A DNA stretch of 54,725 bases, from positions 1 through 54,725 of IMG/VR virus record IMGVR_UViG_3300033485_000016, one strand, 5' to 3'. Below, piece by piece: positions 33,241-42,877 of the stretch. Position numbers and translations under genes: made by a program. Below the pieces are notes generated by a model. The model was not told the origin of the DNA, searched no databases, and saw only the letters and a program-made list of their open reading frames with translations. How positions within the stretch are numbered: position 1 is the stretch's first letter; every line of letters begins with the position of its first letter. The stretch comes from a virus. Its lineage: Duplodnaviria; Caudoviricetes.

Positions 33241-36117
33241 TTACGCCAAACGAACCGCTGTGATCTTCGTTGCGGTTGTCCCTGCCGGATTGGTCGGGCA
33301 GGAGGACTTGGCGGCTGCCCCTGTCATGTCTGCTGCTACCGAGAGATAGAGTGTTGCTGGGCCATTGAGCGTCACAATCGTCTGGATCGTCAATGTCTCA
33401 GCATGAGTAGATTGGCTACTCTGGGAAGTCTGGCAAGAGGCATAAGTCGTCGCCCCGTCCCAGACCTTTGCGGTGTAGTTGATGTGGGTAACCGCGCCTG
33501 CTGGAACGAAGTCAGGGCTGCCCGTACCGGAGAAGGTGCATCCCCCTGAGGGGGTAGATACGACGATGGTCCGCGCCAGGGCAGCAACACCGGAGAAGGC
33601 GAGGCCACCCGTGGGGCTGTCCGCAGCAAATGCGCGGCAGTGGACCACCCCAAAGCCAGTGAAGGTCAGCGCACCGTCTGGTGTAGGGGCGACGTAGATG
33701 TTGACGTTGAGAATACTGGTGGTTGCGGCCCCCGAGAAGGTGATTCCGCCTGTCGGTGCAGGGAGAGCCTTGGTCCAGCACCTGGGAGCGGTCCCACCGA
33801 AGGCAACTCCCCCCGAGGGCGCTACGGTCCAGAGCTTGTTGATGAGGGTAGTGGCGGAACCACTGAAACTCATCCCACCAGCACCGACACATGTGCCCCT
33901 CACCACCCCTGCAGGGTAGAGGCCGCAAGTCGCCGCCCCGGAGAAGGCATACCCACCAGACGGGGTGACGGTCCAGAGCTTGAGGATGAGCGAGGCGGCG
34001 GTCCCGCTGAAGGTGACTCCACCAGTCGGGCCATCCGCAGCAAACGTCCTCGCCTTATTGGCAGTCCCTGAGAAGGCGATTGGGGTAGCGGTCTGGGTAG
34101 CTACCTTGGTCCAGCACTTGCCCCCAGCACCTGAGAAGGCCACGCCTCCCGATGGGGTTGGAGCGGTGAAGACCTGATTCCCAGCCTCAACATAACTGCA
34201 CGTCCCCGCGCCCGAGAAGGCGAGTGCGGTTGCAGTTTGCGCGGCTATCTTGGTCCAGCACTTCCCGGCAGCCCCCGAGAACCCCAATCCCCCGGTAGCA
34301 GCATCCGCCGCGAACGTTCTGATGCCTGGAGATGCGGTGCCAGAGAAAGCCACGCCACCACTGGCAGGATCTGCTGCAAATGTCCTGATACCAGGGGAGG
34401 CAGTTCCACTGAACGCAACTCCTCCAGAGGGTGTAGGTGCCTCAAAGACCGTCCCACCGACTTCATAGGAGGTCGTGGCGCTGCCGCCGAAGCTGAGTCC
34501 TCCGGCACTATCACCGGGCTTGACGATGATGCCGATGATGCCGCCGTCTTGGCTAGTATCGTAAGTCCATGAGCATCGTGGACTCACTGCCCCTGATGGG
34601 GAACCTTCTGCCCACGAACCTTTTACACCACCGTATGCGTCGAGCGTGGTGTGCTCAGTCGCCCCATTGGACCAAGTTGGGGTGACCCCTGTAGAGCAAA
34701 ACGAGAACGCTACAAGCTTGTCGCCACTTTGAGCGTCCAGCGAGGGGCAGTCGAAGACGTGATCGTTATCTTGCGCGGAATCGGAGTCGCGAACGATGTC
34801 ACTACTGGCTACGTTCTTGTAGTAGACAACGCTGAATGGCATCCCGCTGGTTGGTGTATAAGCCCATGACCATTCGAGTGATTGCGTACCCCGTTTGGCG
34901 CGGCAATCGCCATAGAACGTCGCCCCTAGGTAGTAGCTGGCATCCTGATCACAACACCTCTTGCTTAAGGAAGTCCCACCCAGCGTCATCCAGCCAGAAC
35001 CGAAAAGATAGCCCTGGAGATAGCCCCACGCACAGACGGAGACGACGATGAAGTCAGCGTCACTGGGCACTGAGACATTGAAGCTACCGCTTTGGGCGGG
35101 GCTTTCGTTGTATTGCGTGACGCTTATGCGCGAAACTGAGCCGCTTGGTGTATAGCTCCAAACATGGACAGGTTGGGTAGTGGCGCTACCGGAGAACGAG
35201 ACCCCTCCAGTGGGCTGTGGGGCGATATGAATCGGGAAGGAGCATGCAGCACTTCCTGAAAATGCCACACCCCCCGTCGCCGCTGGGGCGGTATAGATGT
35301 TCAGGAGGATCTTCGTGCAGGTCGCCGCTCCGCCGAAGGTCACTCCTCCTGTAGGATTATCTGCTGCAAAGGTCCGACAATGAGCGGCGGCGGTTGTGCC
35401 AAATGTCGGTCCACCTGATGGTGTGGGTGCAGTGAAGACGTTGACAGCAGCAGGCTTGAGCGCAACCGTGCTGATCGCGTGCGTGCCTGCCGCACTGGAC
35501 GTGGCTTGAATGGTGCTCGATGTAGCCGATGCCGCCAGCCCCGTGTCGTGGTAGTAAACCGACGCACCACCGTCAGCCCCGGTGTTGTCGTTGTTGAGGG
35601 CGACCTCCGTCCACGTCCCGCCACTTGGCGTGGTTGAAGTCGCATCACCACCCGTGCTGTTATCGCCAAACGACGCAAACACCAGCAACGCACGGGGGGT
35701 GCCGCTGGCTGACGCCGTGACGTTGCTGAATGTGATCGTGCCGCCCGCTGAGGTCGTCGCCGTCGTGATGGCGTTCGCGTCCAACACGTCGCCCGAGGTG
35801 AGGCACCCGCTGATGCCAATGATGACACCTTGGCCCCGGTCCCCACCCGTGCGTGTGAACGTCACCGATGTGCCGCTGCCGTCGTAGCGCCACCAGAACG
35901 CCTGCGCCGATGCCACGCCCGCGGTCGCGTCGGTATCGCCCGTTAGCGACTCATGGATCTTCGTCCAGTTCGTAGGCGTATTGCAGCCAACGTTGGACCG
36001 CAGGGCGAGGAAGGCAACGAAGATGTCGCCGGTCGTGCGCGTTGACGGGAAGCTACAGGCGATATCGCCTGACGAGACAACTGACGATAGCGCCCCGACT
36101 TGGAAGGTATATGCCAT
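33241..36117 (-). CDS. Long repeat-rich fibre/adhesin protein (about 19 P(S/T)GGxxFSGxA repeats, two globular domains, C-terminal half beta-sandwich)
   Basis: Repeats visible in the translation; Thr/Ser/Gly/Ala-rich. Confidence 0.75.
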   Translation of the reverse strand: MAYTFQVGALSSVVSSGDIACSFPSTRTTGDIFVAFLALRSNVGCNTPTNWTKIHESLTGDTDATAGVASAQAFWWRYDGSGTSVTFTRTGGDRGQGVIIGISGCLTSGDVLDANAITTATTSAGGTITFSNVTASASGTPRALLVFASFGDNSTGGDATSTTPSGGTWTEVALNNDNTGADGGASVYYHDTGLAASATSSTIQATSSAAGTHAISTVALKPAAVNVFTAPTPSGGPTFGTTAAAHCRTFAADNPTGGVTFGGAATCTKILLNIYTAPAATGGVAFSGSAACSFPIHIAPQPTGGVSFSGSATTQPVHVWSYTPSGSVSRISVTQYNESPAQSGSFNVSVPSDADFIVVSVCAWGYLQGYLFGSGWMTLGGTSLSKRCCDQDASYYLGATFYGDCRAKRGTQSLEWSWAYTPTSGMPFSVVYYKNVASSDIVRDSDSAQDNDHVFDCPSLDAQSGDKLVAFSFCSTGVTPTWSNGATEHTTLDAYGGVKGSWAEGSPSGAVSPRCSWTYDTSQDGGIIGIIVKPGDSAGGLSFGGSATTSYEVGGTVFEAPTPSGGVAFSGTASPGIRTFAADPASGGVAFSGTASPGIRTFAADAATGGLGFSGAAGKCWTKIAAQTATALAFSGAGTCSYVEAGNQVFTAPTPSGGVAFSGAGGKCWTKVATQTATPIAFSGTANKARTFAADGPTGGVTFSGTAASLILKLWTVTPSGGYAFSGAATCGLYPAGVVRGTCVGAGGMSFSGSATTLINKLWTVAPSGGVAFGGTAPRCWTKALPAPTGGITFSGAATTSILNVNIYVAPTPDGALTFTGFGVVHCRAFAADSPTGGLAFSGVAALARTIVVSTPSGGCTFSGTGSPDFVPAGAVTHINYTAKVWDGATTYASCQTSQSSQSTHAETLTIQTIVTLNGPATLYLSVAADMTGAAAKSSCPTNPAGTTATKITAVRLA

Positions 36118-36223
36118 CTACTTCAGGGCAGGGCTGCCCCTCGCGGGGGAAACCGAGGCGTAGACCACGCCCCGCTAACCCCCGATGAAGAGGTCGGGAA
36201 CTTGACGGCCACCGAAAGCCCCC

Positions 36224-36637
36224 TTACGAAGCTTCGATGCGAGGCGTAATCTTGATCTGGTCGCCGTTGTTCTGGACGTTGTAGGGGCCATCCGAGAACC
36301 GCTCGGCATAGACCAATTCCGTACCCGTCGAGCGGGTCAGGTAGTACCCGTAGACGTTGCCCAGCGCACCCGTGAAGGTGAACGTCTGCTGAGCGTAGTC
36401 AACGTAGGTCGGATCCCCTGCCGTCGCAGCGTTCCAGGAGTTGCCCGTCAGGGTGATGGCCGAATACCCATTCCCCGAGGCTTCTGTGAAGCTCGCTGCC
36501 GTGGACGCCTCAACGCATGTGTAGTCGTTGGTGTAGAGCCGGAGAACCAGGTTTTCCCGGTTGGCGTAGGTGGTCGTTCGATTGACCAGATACTCCAGGG
36601 CGATTGCTTCGCCAATGTTTGGGACGACGAGTGCCAT
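36224..36637 (-). CDS. Small fibre subunit (phage fibre/decoration family)
   Basis: LRLYTND...FTEASGNGY..ITL...QTFTF...VYGYY...YAERF; strong RBS. Confidence 0.7.
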   Translation of the reverse strand: MALVVPNIGEAIALEYLVNRTTTYANRENLVLRLYTNDYTCVEASTAASFTEASGNGYSAITLTGNSWNAATAGDPTYVDYAQQTFTFTGALGNVYGYYLTRSTGTELVYAERFSDGPYNVQNNGDQIKITPRIEAS

Positions 36638-36664
36638 TACTTCATCTCTTCTTCTCCCTCCTCC

Positions 36665-36952
36665 TTAACTTCTGTAAACGGTCACATGAGCGGTTACCAG
36701 ATACGTTCCCGCCGGCAACTCCCCAGTGTTCACCAGTGCGTAGTATGAATTGGGGGTAGACAAGCTCACATCACTCCCCAAGACGCCTTCATAACTCGCA
36801 CTCTGCGAAGCCTCGCGGATGCCTCTCCTTCTCCGCGAGATTTCATCATTGAGGACAAACCAGAGAAGCCGCACGGCGTTCTCTGTGGCCTTGTCGTCCC
36901 CCTTCCGAATTCTGTCAAAATCCGGGGATTCGATGCTGAGGTTGTAGGCCAT
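36665..36952 (-). CDS. Tail adaptor: N-terminal helical anchor + first half of a beta-sandwich domain
   Basis: TAATG-coupled to the nozzle gene (start 36952); ends abruptly at LPAGTYLVTAHVTVYRS*. Confidence 0.7.
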   Translation of the reverse strand: MAYNLSIESPDFDRIRKGDDKATENAVRLLWFVLNDEISRRRRGIREASQSASYEGVLGSDVSLSTPNSYYALVNTGELPAGTYLVTAHVTVYRS

Positions 36953-38961
36953 TACAGGTTCAATCGCTTGATCCCAGGGAGGAGTTGGTAACCCAAGGTG
37001 AAGCTCTCCAAGCTCCAACTCCCCAAGGCAGCGTTGTCTCCGATCCGAATCCTCATCCCTTCATCGTGAAGGAACCTTCCATTGCTCTGCTTGAACTCCG
37101 CACGGCACATGCTGCTGCTGGAGGCCACTACGGGATGATCACCAGTCAGGGTCAGGATGCGGTCCCCGTTGGAGGTAATCATCCCAGCCGCCGAAGGGGA
37201 GATTGTCGTGCTCCCAATCCCTGCAACATTATCAGGGGAATTCCCCGGCATCCATTCCACAGTTAAGGTAACATTTTGCTCAGTTTCAAACAAAAAGTCC
37301 CCAAACCGCCACCTCTTGGTCAAGTTCGCCGCAGGCTGCCCCTGGTCGTTCGCCCCCAGCAAGGTTTTTGTCATCCATTGCGCGGCGAAAGCGGATCCAT
37401 CAAAGGAATTTCCGGTCCAGAGTCGATAACAGAATCCTCCCTTACTGGTTTGTGCCTCACCCGCGAGAATGAGTGCGGCAGTCGTTGCGGAATCCATCTC
37501 CGCCGCGCAGGCAAACGGCCAGTCCCTGGCGTACCAGACCCCCCACCTGTAGTTCCAAACGACGGCGATGGAGCACTCGCCCCCCGATGTCGGGATGAAC
37601 CAGGAAATCTCGGTGCGTGCGGTATCGTGAAACGCATGAATCTTGTTGCGGGCGGAGTAGTTGAAGCTGGCAAGGGTAGTCTTGACTGGATGGGAGATCT
37701 GAACGTCATTGTCCCCATCGAAGAGTCGAATGTCGCCAAGGGGGGTGAAGAAGGCCAGGGTGACCACGTTTGTCGTGACCTCCTGCCCCTTGGCATCGAA
37801 ATACTTGGCCCCGGCAGGGACTCTGACGACAGACCGGATGCTTACGCTTCCTGTCTGCGCGTTGGTCCTGGTGCGGGTCCAATCGACAATGTTCCCAATG
37901 ACTTGCCCTGTCCCTGAGATCGTCCAGATGCTTCGTTCTTGGAAGATGACCCCTGTGCCCTCAAAATTCCCCAGCCCGCCAACAATCACATCCCCCATCG
38001 TCTCGGCATCAGTGAACCGGATGATGTTGGCGTCCTTCCACACCGAGTCGGGATCACCAGGATCCGAATACCACCCAGCCTGGGGGTCTGCGTCCGTCCT
38101 GAGGTACCACACCCGCTGCTTGTGGGCCATGGAGTAGTAAGCCTCCGGGGGCGCGTCTCCATGCTCCTCCAAGACCCTGTTCTCCAGGATGGTCAGGTCT
38201 TCAATATTGTCTGTCCACGCTACCGTCGTCCTCCCCTCTATATAGGTGGTGAAGTAATACACCAATCCCGTGCCAGAGGTCCGATAGATCTCATACCCCG
38301 TAACGGTCGCATCACTATCAGCCGTCCACGCCAAGCTGATTTGCTTATACTGGCTCGTCTCCGCATTCGACGTGATGCTCGCCAGCTTCCTGGTCCCATC
38401 GGTCTTGATGGGGACCACCCGATACCGATATGTGCCCAGCAGCAATCCCGCGCTGCTTTGCACTGTGGCGGTGGGGGCTGCCAGTTGTGTGCTCCCTGCC
38501 ACCGCGAGGCTCGATCCATCCCAGACCCTCACCGTGGTCTTCCCACAGGAGATCAGGAGGAGATCCCCAAACTGGGTGAAGCATGGCACCTGACCGACGC
38601 ATCCAGCCCCCAAGTCCCCCCGAAACGTCCAAGTCGCCCCGTCGTCGGTGGAGGTCCAGACCTCATACTCATTCACCGCGTCGTCAAAGACCCCCACCAA
38701 TTGCCGGGTGACGCTTCCTCCGCTCGTTTTTCTGTAGGGGAACAGTGCCCTCAGCATCGTCGCACTGCCCCCCGTATCGGTTGTTACTGCCGAGGAATTC
38801 TGCTTCGCATACCCCAAAATCCTCTTCGCCCGTCCATACTTGTCGATCCACAGATTCCTGGACCCGCCTGAGGAAAACACATCAGGCAGCAGGACGCTAT
38901 GAATCCCCTCCTGCGTCCCCAGGAACGCATCGAAGAGTTGAAGTTGAAGCGGGACGGCCAT
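36952..38961 (-). CDS. Tail nozzle / DNA stabilization protein (P22 gp10-like beta-propeller with FN3-like insert)
   Basis: 669 aa beta-rich; WYSDPGDPDS, VWNYRWGVW, TKRWR patterns; position before ejection genes. Confidence 0.7.
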   Translation of the reverse strand: MAVPLQLQLFDAFLGTQEGIHSVLLPDVFSSGGSRNLWIDKYGRAKRILGYAKQNSSAVTTDTGGSATMLRALFPYRKTSGGSVTRQLVGVFDDAVNEYEVWTSTDDGATWTFRGDLGAGCVGQVPCFTQFGDLLLISCGKTTVRVWDGSSLAVAGSTQLAAPTATVQSSAGLLLGTYRYRVVPIKTDGTRKLASITSNAETSQYKQISLAWTADSDATVTGYEIYRTSGTGLVYYFTTYIEGRTTVAWTDNIEDLTILENRVLEEHGDAPPEAYYSMAHKQRVWYLRTDADPQAGWYSDPGDPDSVWKDANIIRFTDAETMGDVIVGGLGNFEGTGVIFQERSIWTISGTGQVIGNIVDWTRTRTNAQTGSVSIRSVVRVPAGAKYFDAKGQEVTTNVVTLAFFTPLGDIRLFDGDNDVQISHPVKTTLASFNYSARNKIHAFHDTARTEISWFIPTSGGECSIAVVWNYRWGVWYARDWPFACAAEMDSATTAALILAGEAQTSKGGFCYRLWTGNSFDGSAFAAQWMTKTLLGANDQGQPAANLTKRWRFGDFLFETEQNVTLTVEWMPGNSPDNVAGIGSTTISPSAAGMITSNGDRILTLTGDHPVVASSSSMCRAEFKQSNGRFLHDEGMRIRIGDNAALGSWSLESFTLGYQLLPGIKRLNL

Positions 38962-39545
38962 TACTGGATCTCAAACGTGAGTTGCCCTTGCACCAGGATC
39001 GTCCCAGACCAAGCAGTCCCGTCGATCTTGGCGAGGTAGATCTTGTCCACCGTGTTGCTCACGTAGGCAAACCCAATGGCGTTCGTTCCCGTGATCGAGT
39101 AACGGAAGGGGGCAGAAATCTGCCTATTCGCGATTCCCGAATTCGGAATCTTGATCAACAAGCTCGTTGGTGACCCCGTGATGGTCGTGTCGTGGATGTT
39201 CCATGCCACGGTCATTGTCTTGCCTGTTTGGATGTAGGCAAGGGTGGTCACGTCTCCAGATTCAACCACCCACGTCCCACCGTCAGTGGCTGTGAAGTCT
39301 CCTGCGCTGAACGTGGGGGCTGCCCAGGTCAGCGCAGTGGTCAGGAGATACCCAGCCCCCTCCACCCCATCCAACTTATCCGCGTCGAGGTTGGTGACCT
39401 TGGCACTGGAGCCGCTCACCGCAAAGGGGGCACCGGGGTCTCTATCGAAGGTAATCAACCCCGTGACGGTCTTGTCACCTTCACAAGTAATCAGCGTCTT
39501 CCCTGACAGGTCAGACGTGGTATTCGCAACAGAAATATCAGCCAT
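38961..39545 (-). CDS. Short tail fibre-like protein
   Basis: APFAVS.SSAKVTNLDADKLDG motif followed by a C-terminal beta domain. Confidence 0.65.
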   Translation of the reverse strand: MADISVANTTSDLSGKTLITCEGDKTVTGLITFDRDPGAPFAVSGSSAKVTNLDADKLDGVEGAGYLLTTALTWAAPTFSAGDFTATDGGTWVVESGDVTTLAYIQTGKTMTVAWNIHDTTITGSPTSLLIKIPNSGIANRQISAPFRYSITGTNAIGFAYVSNTVDKIYLAKIDGTAWSGTILVQGQLTFEIQ

Positions 39546-39890
39546 TTAACTCACCGTAGGCTGCCCTGGGGCAGCAGGAACCCCTGTCGAGCCGCTTCTT
39601 GTAATCGTATCCGCCGCCCATCCACCCCAAGTGACCGCCCCCGTGGACCCCTCTGCCCCTACCCGATAGGAAAACGGCCCTACCCCCAACCCATACAGGG
39701 TCCGCTCGATGCTCACCGTCACCATGGCCCCGGCTGTCGCCGCAGGTTTCCCCAGGGACGCCTCCTTCCTCAGCTGCCCACTCTCATACAACTGCAACCG
39801 ATACTGCTTGACCTTGGGACTTCCGTCCGTATTGTTGGTGTTATGGTCAGCACTCGTCGTGAACGAAATCGTGGTTGGGTCAAGAGCCAT
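39546..39890 (-). CDS. FN3/Ig-like 'SADH' domain virion protein
   Basis: FTTSADH...LGKP...YRVGAEG...PAAPG; ATG 39890; no signal peptide. Confidence 0.65.
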   Translation of the reverse strand: MALDPTTISFTTSADHNTNNTDGSPKVKQYRLQLYESGQLRKEASLGKPAATAGAMVTVSIERTLYGLGVGPFSYRVGAEGSTGAVTWGGWAADTITRSGSTGVPAAPGQPTVS

Positions 39891-39892
39891 GG

Positions 39893-40606
39893 TCAATCTG
39901 CAAAGAAGACAAAACATGCAGGGGAGGGGGTGCCACCATACACATCCACGCTCGCTGGGTGGGTGACTTGGCTATAAGCAGTAACATTCGCAGTTCCGCT
40001 GCCCCATCCTCCCGGATACACCACTGCCGTCGCGTCATTACGCATCGGGGCGTAGAATCTCAGGTAGGAGATATAGTCATTCAACTCCGCCCCGGTTGGG
40101 AGCCGCCCGTTCTTCAGGGCATTGATGTAGGTTGACCCCTCGATGCTACACCCGGTCCAAACCGCCAGTTCGCAGATGGAGGACAGGCTCGCATACCCTC
40201 CACCAACGCGCAAAGATTGTGTATTTGTAGACAGGCTCGTAGGTGCGTTGGTCTGCGTCCAGGAGGTGTGCTCGGTGCCATCCATCCACTGGCGGATCCT
40301 GGGTGTAGCCCCGCCATCATACCGAATGAACATGTGGTGCCAGTTGGTATCAGGAAACTGGGGATCATTAGGGAGCCACTCATCGCTATTCAGCCCCACA
40401 CGCATCGATTCGCTGTTGGTGCCGCTTAGAAATGCCTGTATACCGTTACTGGTTGTGTATTGGCTAAAGTACTGACCCCATGCCGTGTCTCCAAAGTTGG
40501 TGTAAGGCTTGAACCAGAACGATATGACCGCCTGAGTGGCACCATCCAGGTTCCCAAGGTGCTGCCAAACAATGTCACCCGATGAACTCGATGGTTGATA
40601 TGCCAT
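39893..40606 (-). CDS. LamG/concanavalin A-like lectin domain protein
   Basis: ISFWFKP, WHHMFIRYDG, WMDG, LRVGG, ICELAVW. Confidence 0.8.
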   Translation of the reverse strand: MAYQPSSSSGDIVWQHLGNLDGATQAVISFWFKPYTNFGDTAWGQYFSQYTTSNGIQAFLSGTNSESMRVGLNSDEWLPNDPQFPDTNWHHMFIRYDGGATPRIRQWMDGTEHTSWTQTNAPTSLSTNTQSLRVGGGYASLSSICELAVWTGCSIEGSTYINALKNGRLPTGAELNDYISYLRFYAPMRNDATAVVYPGGWGSGTANVTAYSQVTHPASVDVYGGTPSPACFVFFAD

Positions 40607-42877
40607 TTAGCCTGCGACCTGGAAGACCGACACCATATAGTCAGCCTGGACAAACAGGAGCTTCTCCACCGGGTCATACGCGGTGCTTTTCGGGTATCCG
40701 TTGTACTCAACCCCCTGAATGGCTCCCGGCCACAGCGGCAACGGACTTTCCCAACGCCACGTCCAGTCCACAAGGTCAGTATCCAGTTGGTTGTTGGCGA
40801 CTCTCGTCAGTTCATTGGGATCGTAGCAATACCAATACTGGTATGCCCTACTGTAGTAAACACCCCCGTCTTGATACCACTCCCCCGTAAAGAACTGCTG
40901 GCCTGCTACCGGCACCTTGTGCAAATCGTGAGTGTCGTAAACATTGGGTGCTGCCGTGGTGTAGCCCAAGGGCGACTCAAACGTGATGACATTTCCATCT
41001 ATGGCCTTGATGCGTCGATCCTCGCCCCATCCTTGGGTGGGATCTCCCCCATATGGACAAGTGTGATACCCCACTGCCCTACCGAAGGTTGAGTTGCCGA
41101 TGTTGGAGTGGTTGATGCAAGGCCGATGGATATCGTTGTCGATAATGAACCGATCCCCCACCATCAACCCGGTCACGTCGTCTAGCGCGAATGAGGAGAG
41201 TGTCGGCACGGGGTTCGCCAGCACCGTCTTCTGCCCCATGCCCCAGATGGGACGGGGGAACATGATCAGGCCGGACTTGGTGGGCGTATCCACCCAGCAA
41301 CCCTGGCCCCACTGGTGGTCGTCGTTCACGAAATATCCGGTTTCATCGCTACCAGGGATAGCTGGGTTCCAATACCCCGCGGCTGCCCATGAGTAGTAAT
41401 CCGCATCGCCACGCCGCGTGAACAAGGGGCGCGTGCCCTTGGTATCCACATGCCACGGGTGCTCGATAAGGTTCTTACGTGGTCCCGCGTAATAGCCCTT
41501 AGAATCATCAACCGTGCGGGTATGAGGCTCCTCCCTCATGGGGTCAGGGGCTTGAAACGCCGCAGCAGCGAACCCCACATGCGTCGGCCCGGTTGCCATC
41601 TGCGACATGACCCCGCCGAATCCCGCCAGCCACTTCAGGTTGTTGTCCCGAAGATACGGGACCGATTGCACATACCAGTCAGGGATCCGCTTCCAGTCCT
41701 TGATGAACCGACAACCCCCCAGCGTGGGTGATCCCATGCGCCATGGGCCAGTTGAAGTGCCCAGCGTTGACACCACGCCGACAGCCGGCGTGTTCATCGT
41801 GGTGTAGCCAATCGTCAACGGGTAGTTGCAGGCTCCATAATCGCGCCACGTCGTCCAGAAGAGTCGCTGTGCTTCCTCGTCCCAATGGCACCCGATAACA
41901 TTCCACTGGACGTTTTCTCCCGAGTCATAGCACTTGCCCAAGGACGGTTCCCCTGGTGACCCCAGCAGGGGCATCGGGTTGTATGGCGCACTGGTCCTAA
42001 GCAGCGCCGAGAGGTCGGCGGTTTCGTATTCCAGCAGCAGGCTATACCCAAAATAGCCAGACTGCTCGGCAATGACCAAGACCCGCAGTCGCCCGTTTAC
42101 CCAGCGCACCGTCATCCCGGTCACCGACAAAGTAGTGAACCCAGGATGCTCCGGCAGGTTGTATTGCGGGAGGCTGAACGCCCCCAGGTAGGTGAAGTCC
42201 GCTGGTTGCAGGAGGGCTTTGGCAGCACCCTCCACAATCGTCGCCGTCTTGGACGGGGTGATGATCGTCAACCCGGTCTCACCATGACGAGCATTGGAGA
42301 TGTTGAGCGAGAAATCCCTCGTCCCCTGCTCCCCGCTTCGCTCGATGATCGGGACAGCCACGCTCCCTTGAACCGCCGGAGCAGCAATCGTCTTGGTCCC
42401 CTGTGTCGTCGTGTAGTCCACCCCGCCAATCGCGGTCCCGTTCGCCGTGGCGTAATCCACCAGCACATCTCCTGGTGCGATCTTGGAGAGGTTGATGGTG
42501 AAGTTCGCCTGCTGGCCTGAGAGGTCATAGACCGTCCCACCCCCAGCGAGGCTGACGGTGCCGTCATATGCCCCACCAGGGACTCCTGGGGCAGCCGGGG
42601 CTTCACAGGTATTTGCCCACGCATAAGCCCCTGACCAAGCAGAAAAGGTGCCGTCTCCATCCGGCCCATACGCGCACACGCGGCAGATGATGTTGCCAGA
42701 AGGGAAGTAATCCAACACCCTCGACACATCGACCGAGATGGTATCGCCAGAAGGGACCGGCTTCTTGAGGTCGATCTCTCCCAGCATCGAGCCGCCGCTG
42801 ACAAAGAACTCGACTCGATACCCTCGACACTTGGCCGTATCGTGATCCGCCGACTTGGTGAAGGCGAGCGTTGGCAT
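40607..42877 (-). CDS. Adhesin-like protein: SADH/FN3 domain + Calx-beta domain + large beta-rich domain
   Basis: FTKSADH N-terminus; VDYATANGTAIGGVDY...E.GTRDFSLNISNA (Calx-beta); YLGAFSLP start of the C-terminal domain. Confidence 0.75.
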   Translation of the reverse strand: MPTLAFTKSADHDTAKCRGYRVEFFVSGGSMLGEIDLKKPVPSGDTISVDVSRVLDYFPSGNIICRVCAYGPDGDGTFSAWSGAYAWANTCEAPAAPGVPGGAYDGTVSLAGGGTVYDLSGQQANFTINLSKIAPGDVLVDYATANGTAIGGVDYTTTQGTKTIAAPAVQGSVAVPIIERSGEQGTRDFSLNISNARHGETGLTIITPSKTATIVEGAAKALLQPADFTYLGAFSLPQYNLPEHPGFTTLSVTGMTVRWVNGRLRVLVIAEQSGYFGYSLLLEYETADLSALLRTSAPYNPMPLLGSPGEPSLGKCYDSGENVQWNVIGCHWDEEAQRLFWTTWRDYGACNYPLTIGYTTMNTPAVGVVSTLGTSTGPWRMGSPTLGGCRFIKDWKRIPDWYVQSVPYLRDNNLKWLAGFGGVMSQMATGPTHVGFAAAAFQAPDPMREEPHTRTVDDSKGYYAGPRKNLIEHPWHVDTKGTRPLFTRRGDADYYSWAAAGYWNPAIPGSDETGYFVNDDHQWGQGCWVDTPTKSGLIMFPRPIWGMGQKTVLANPVPTLSSFALDDVTGLMVGDRFIIDNDIHRPCINHSNIGNSTFGRAVGYHTCPYGGDPTQGWGEDRRIKAIDGNVITFESPLGYTTAAPNVYDTHDLHKVPVAGQQFFTGEWYQDGGVYYSRAYQYWYCYDPNELTRVANNQLDTDLVDWTWRWESPLPLWPGAIQGVEYNGYPKSTAYDPVEKLLFVQADYMVSVFQVAG

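Noticed and set aside
33498-36669. The insert in the split adaptor gene can be drawn as GT(TAAG)...CTGAC-TTCGTTC-CAGCAG, like a spliceosomal intron, and its removal is in frame
   Set aside because: The genome is clearly a bacterial phage (SD sites, coupled operons, SLT lysin); the motifs are short, several cut positions give the same in-frame join, and no group I/II intron core was seen
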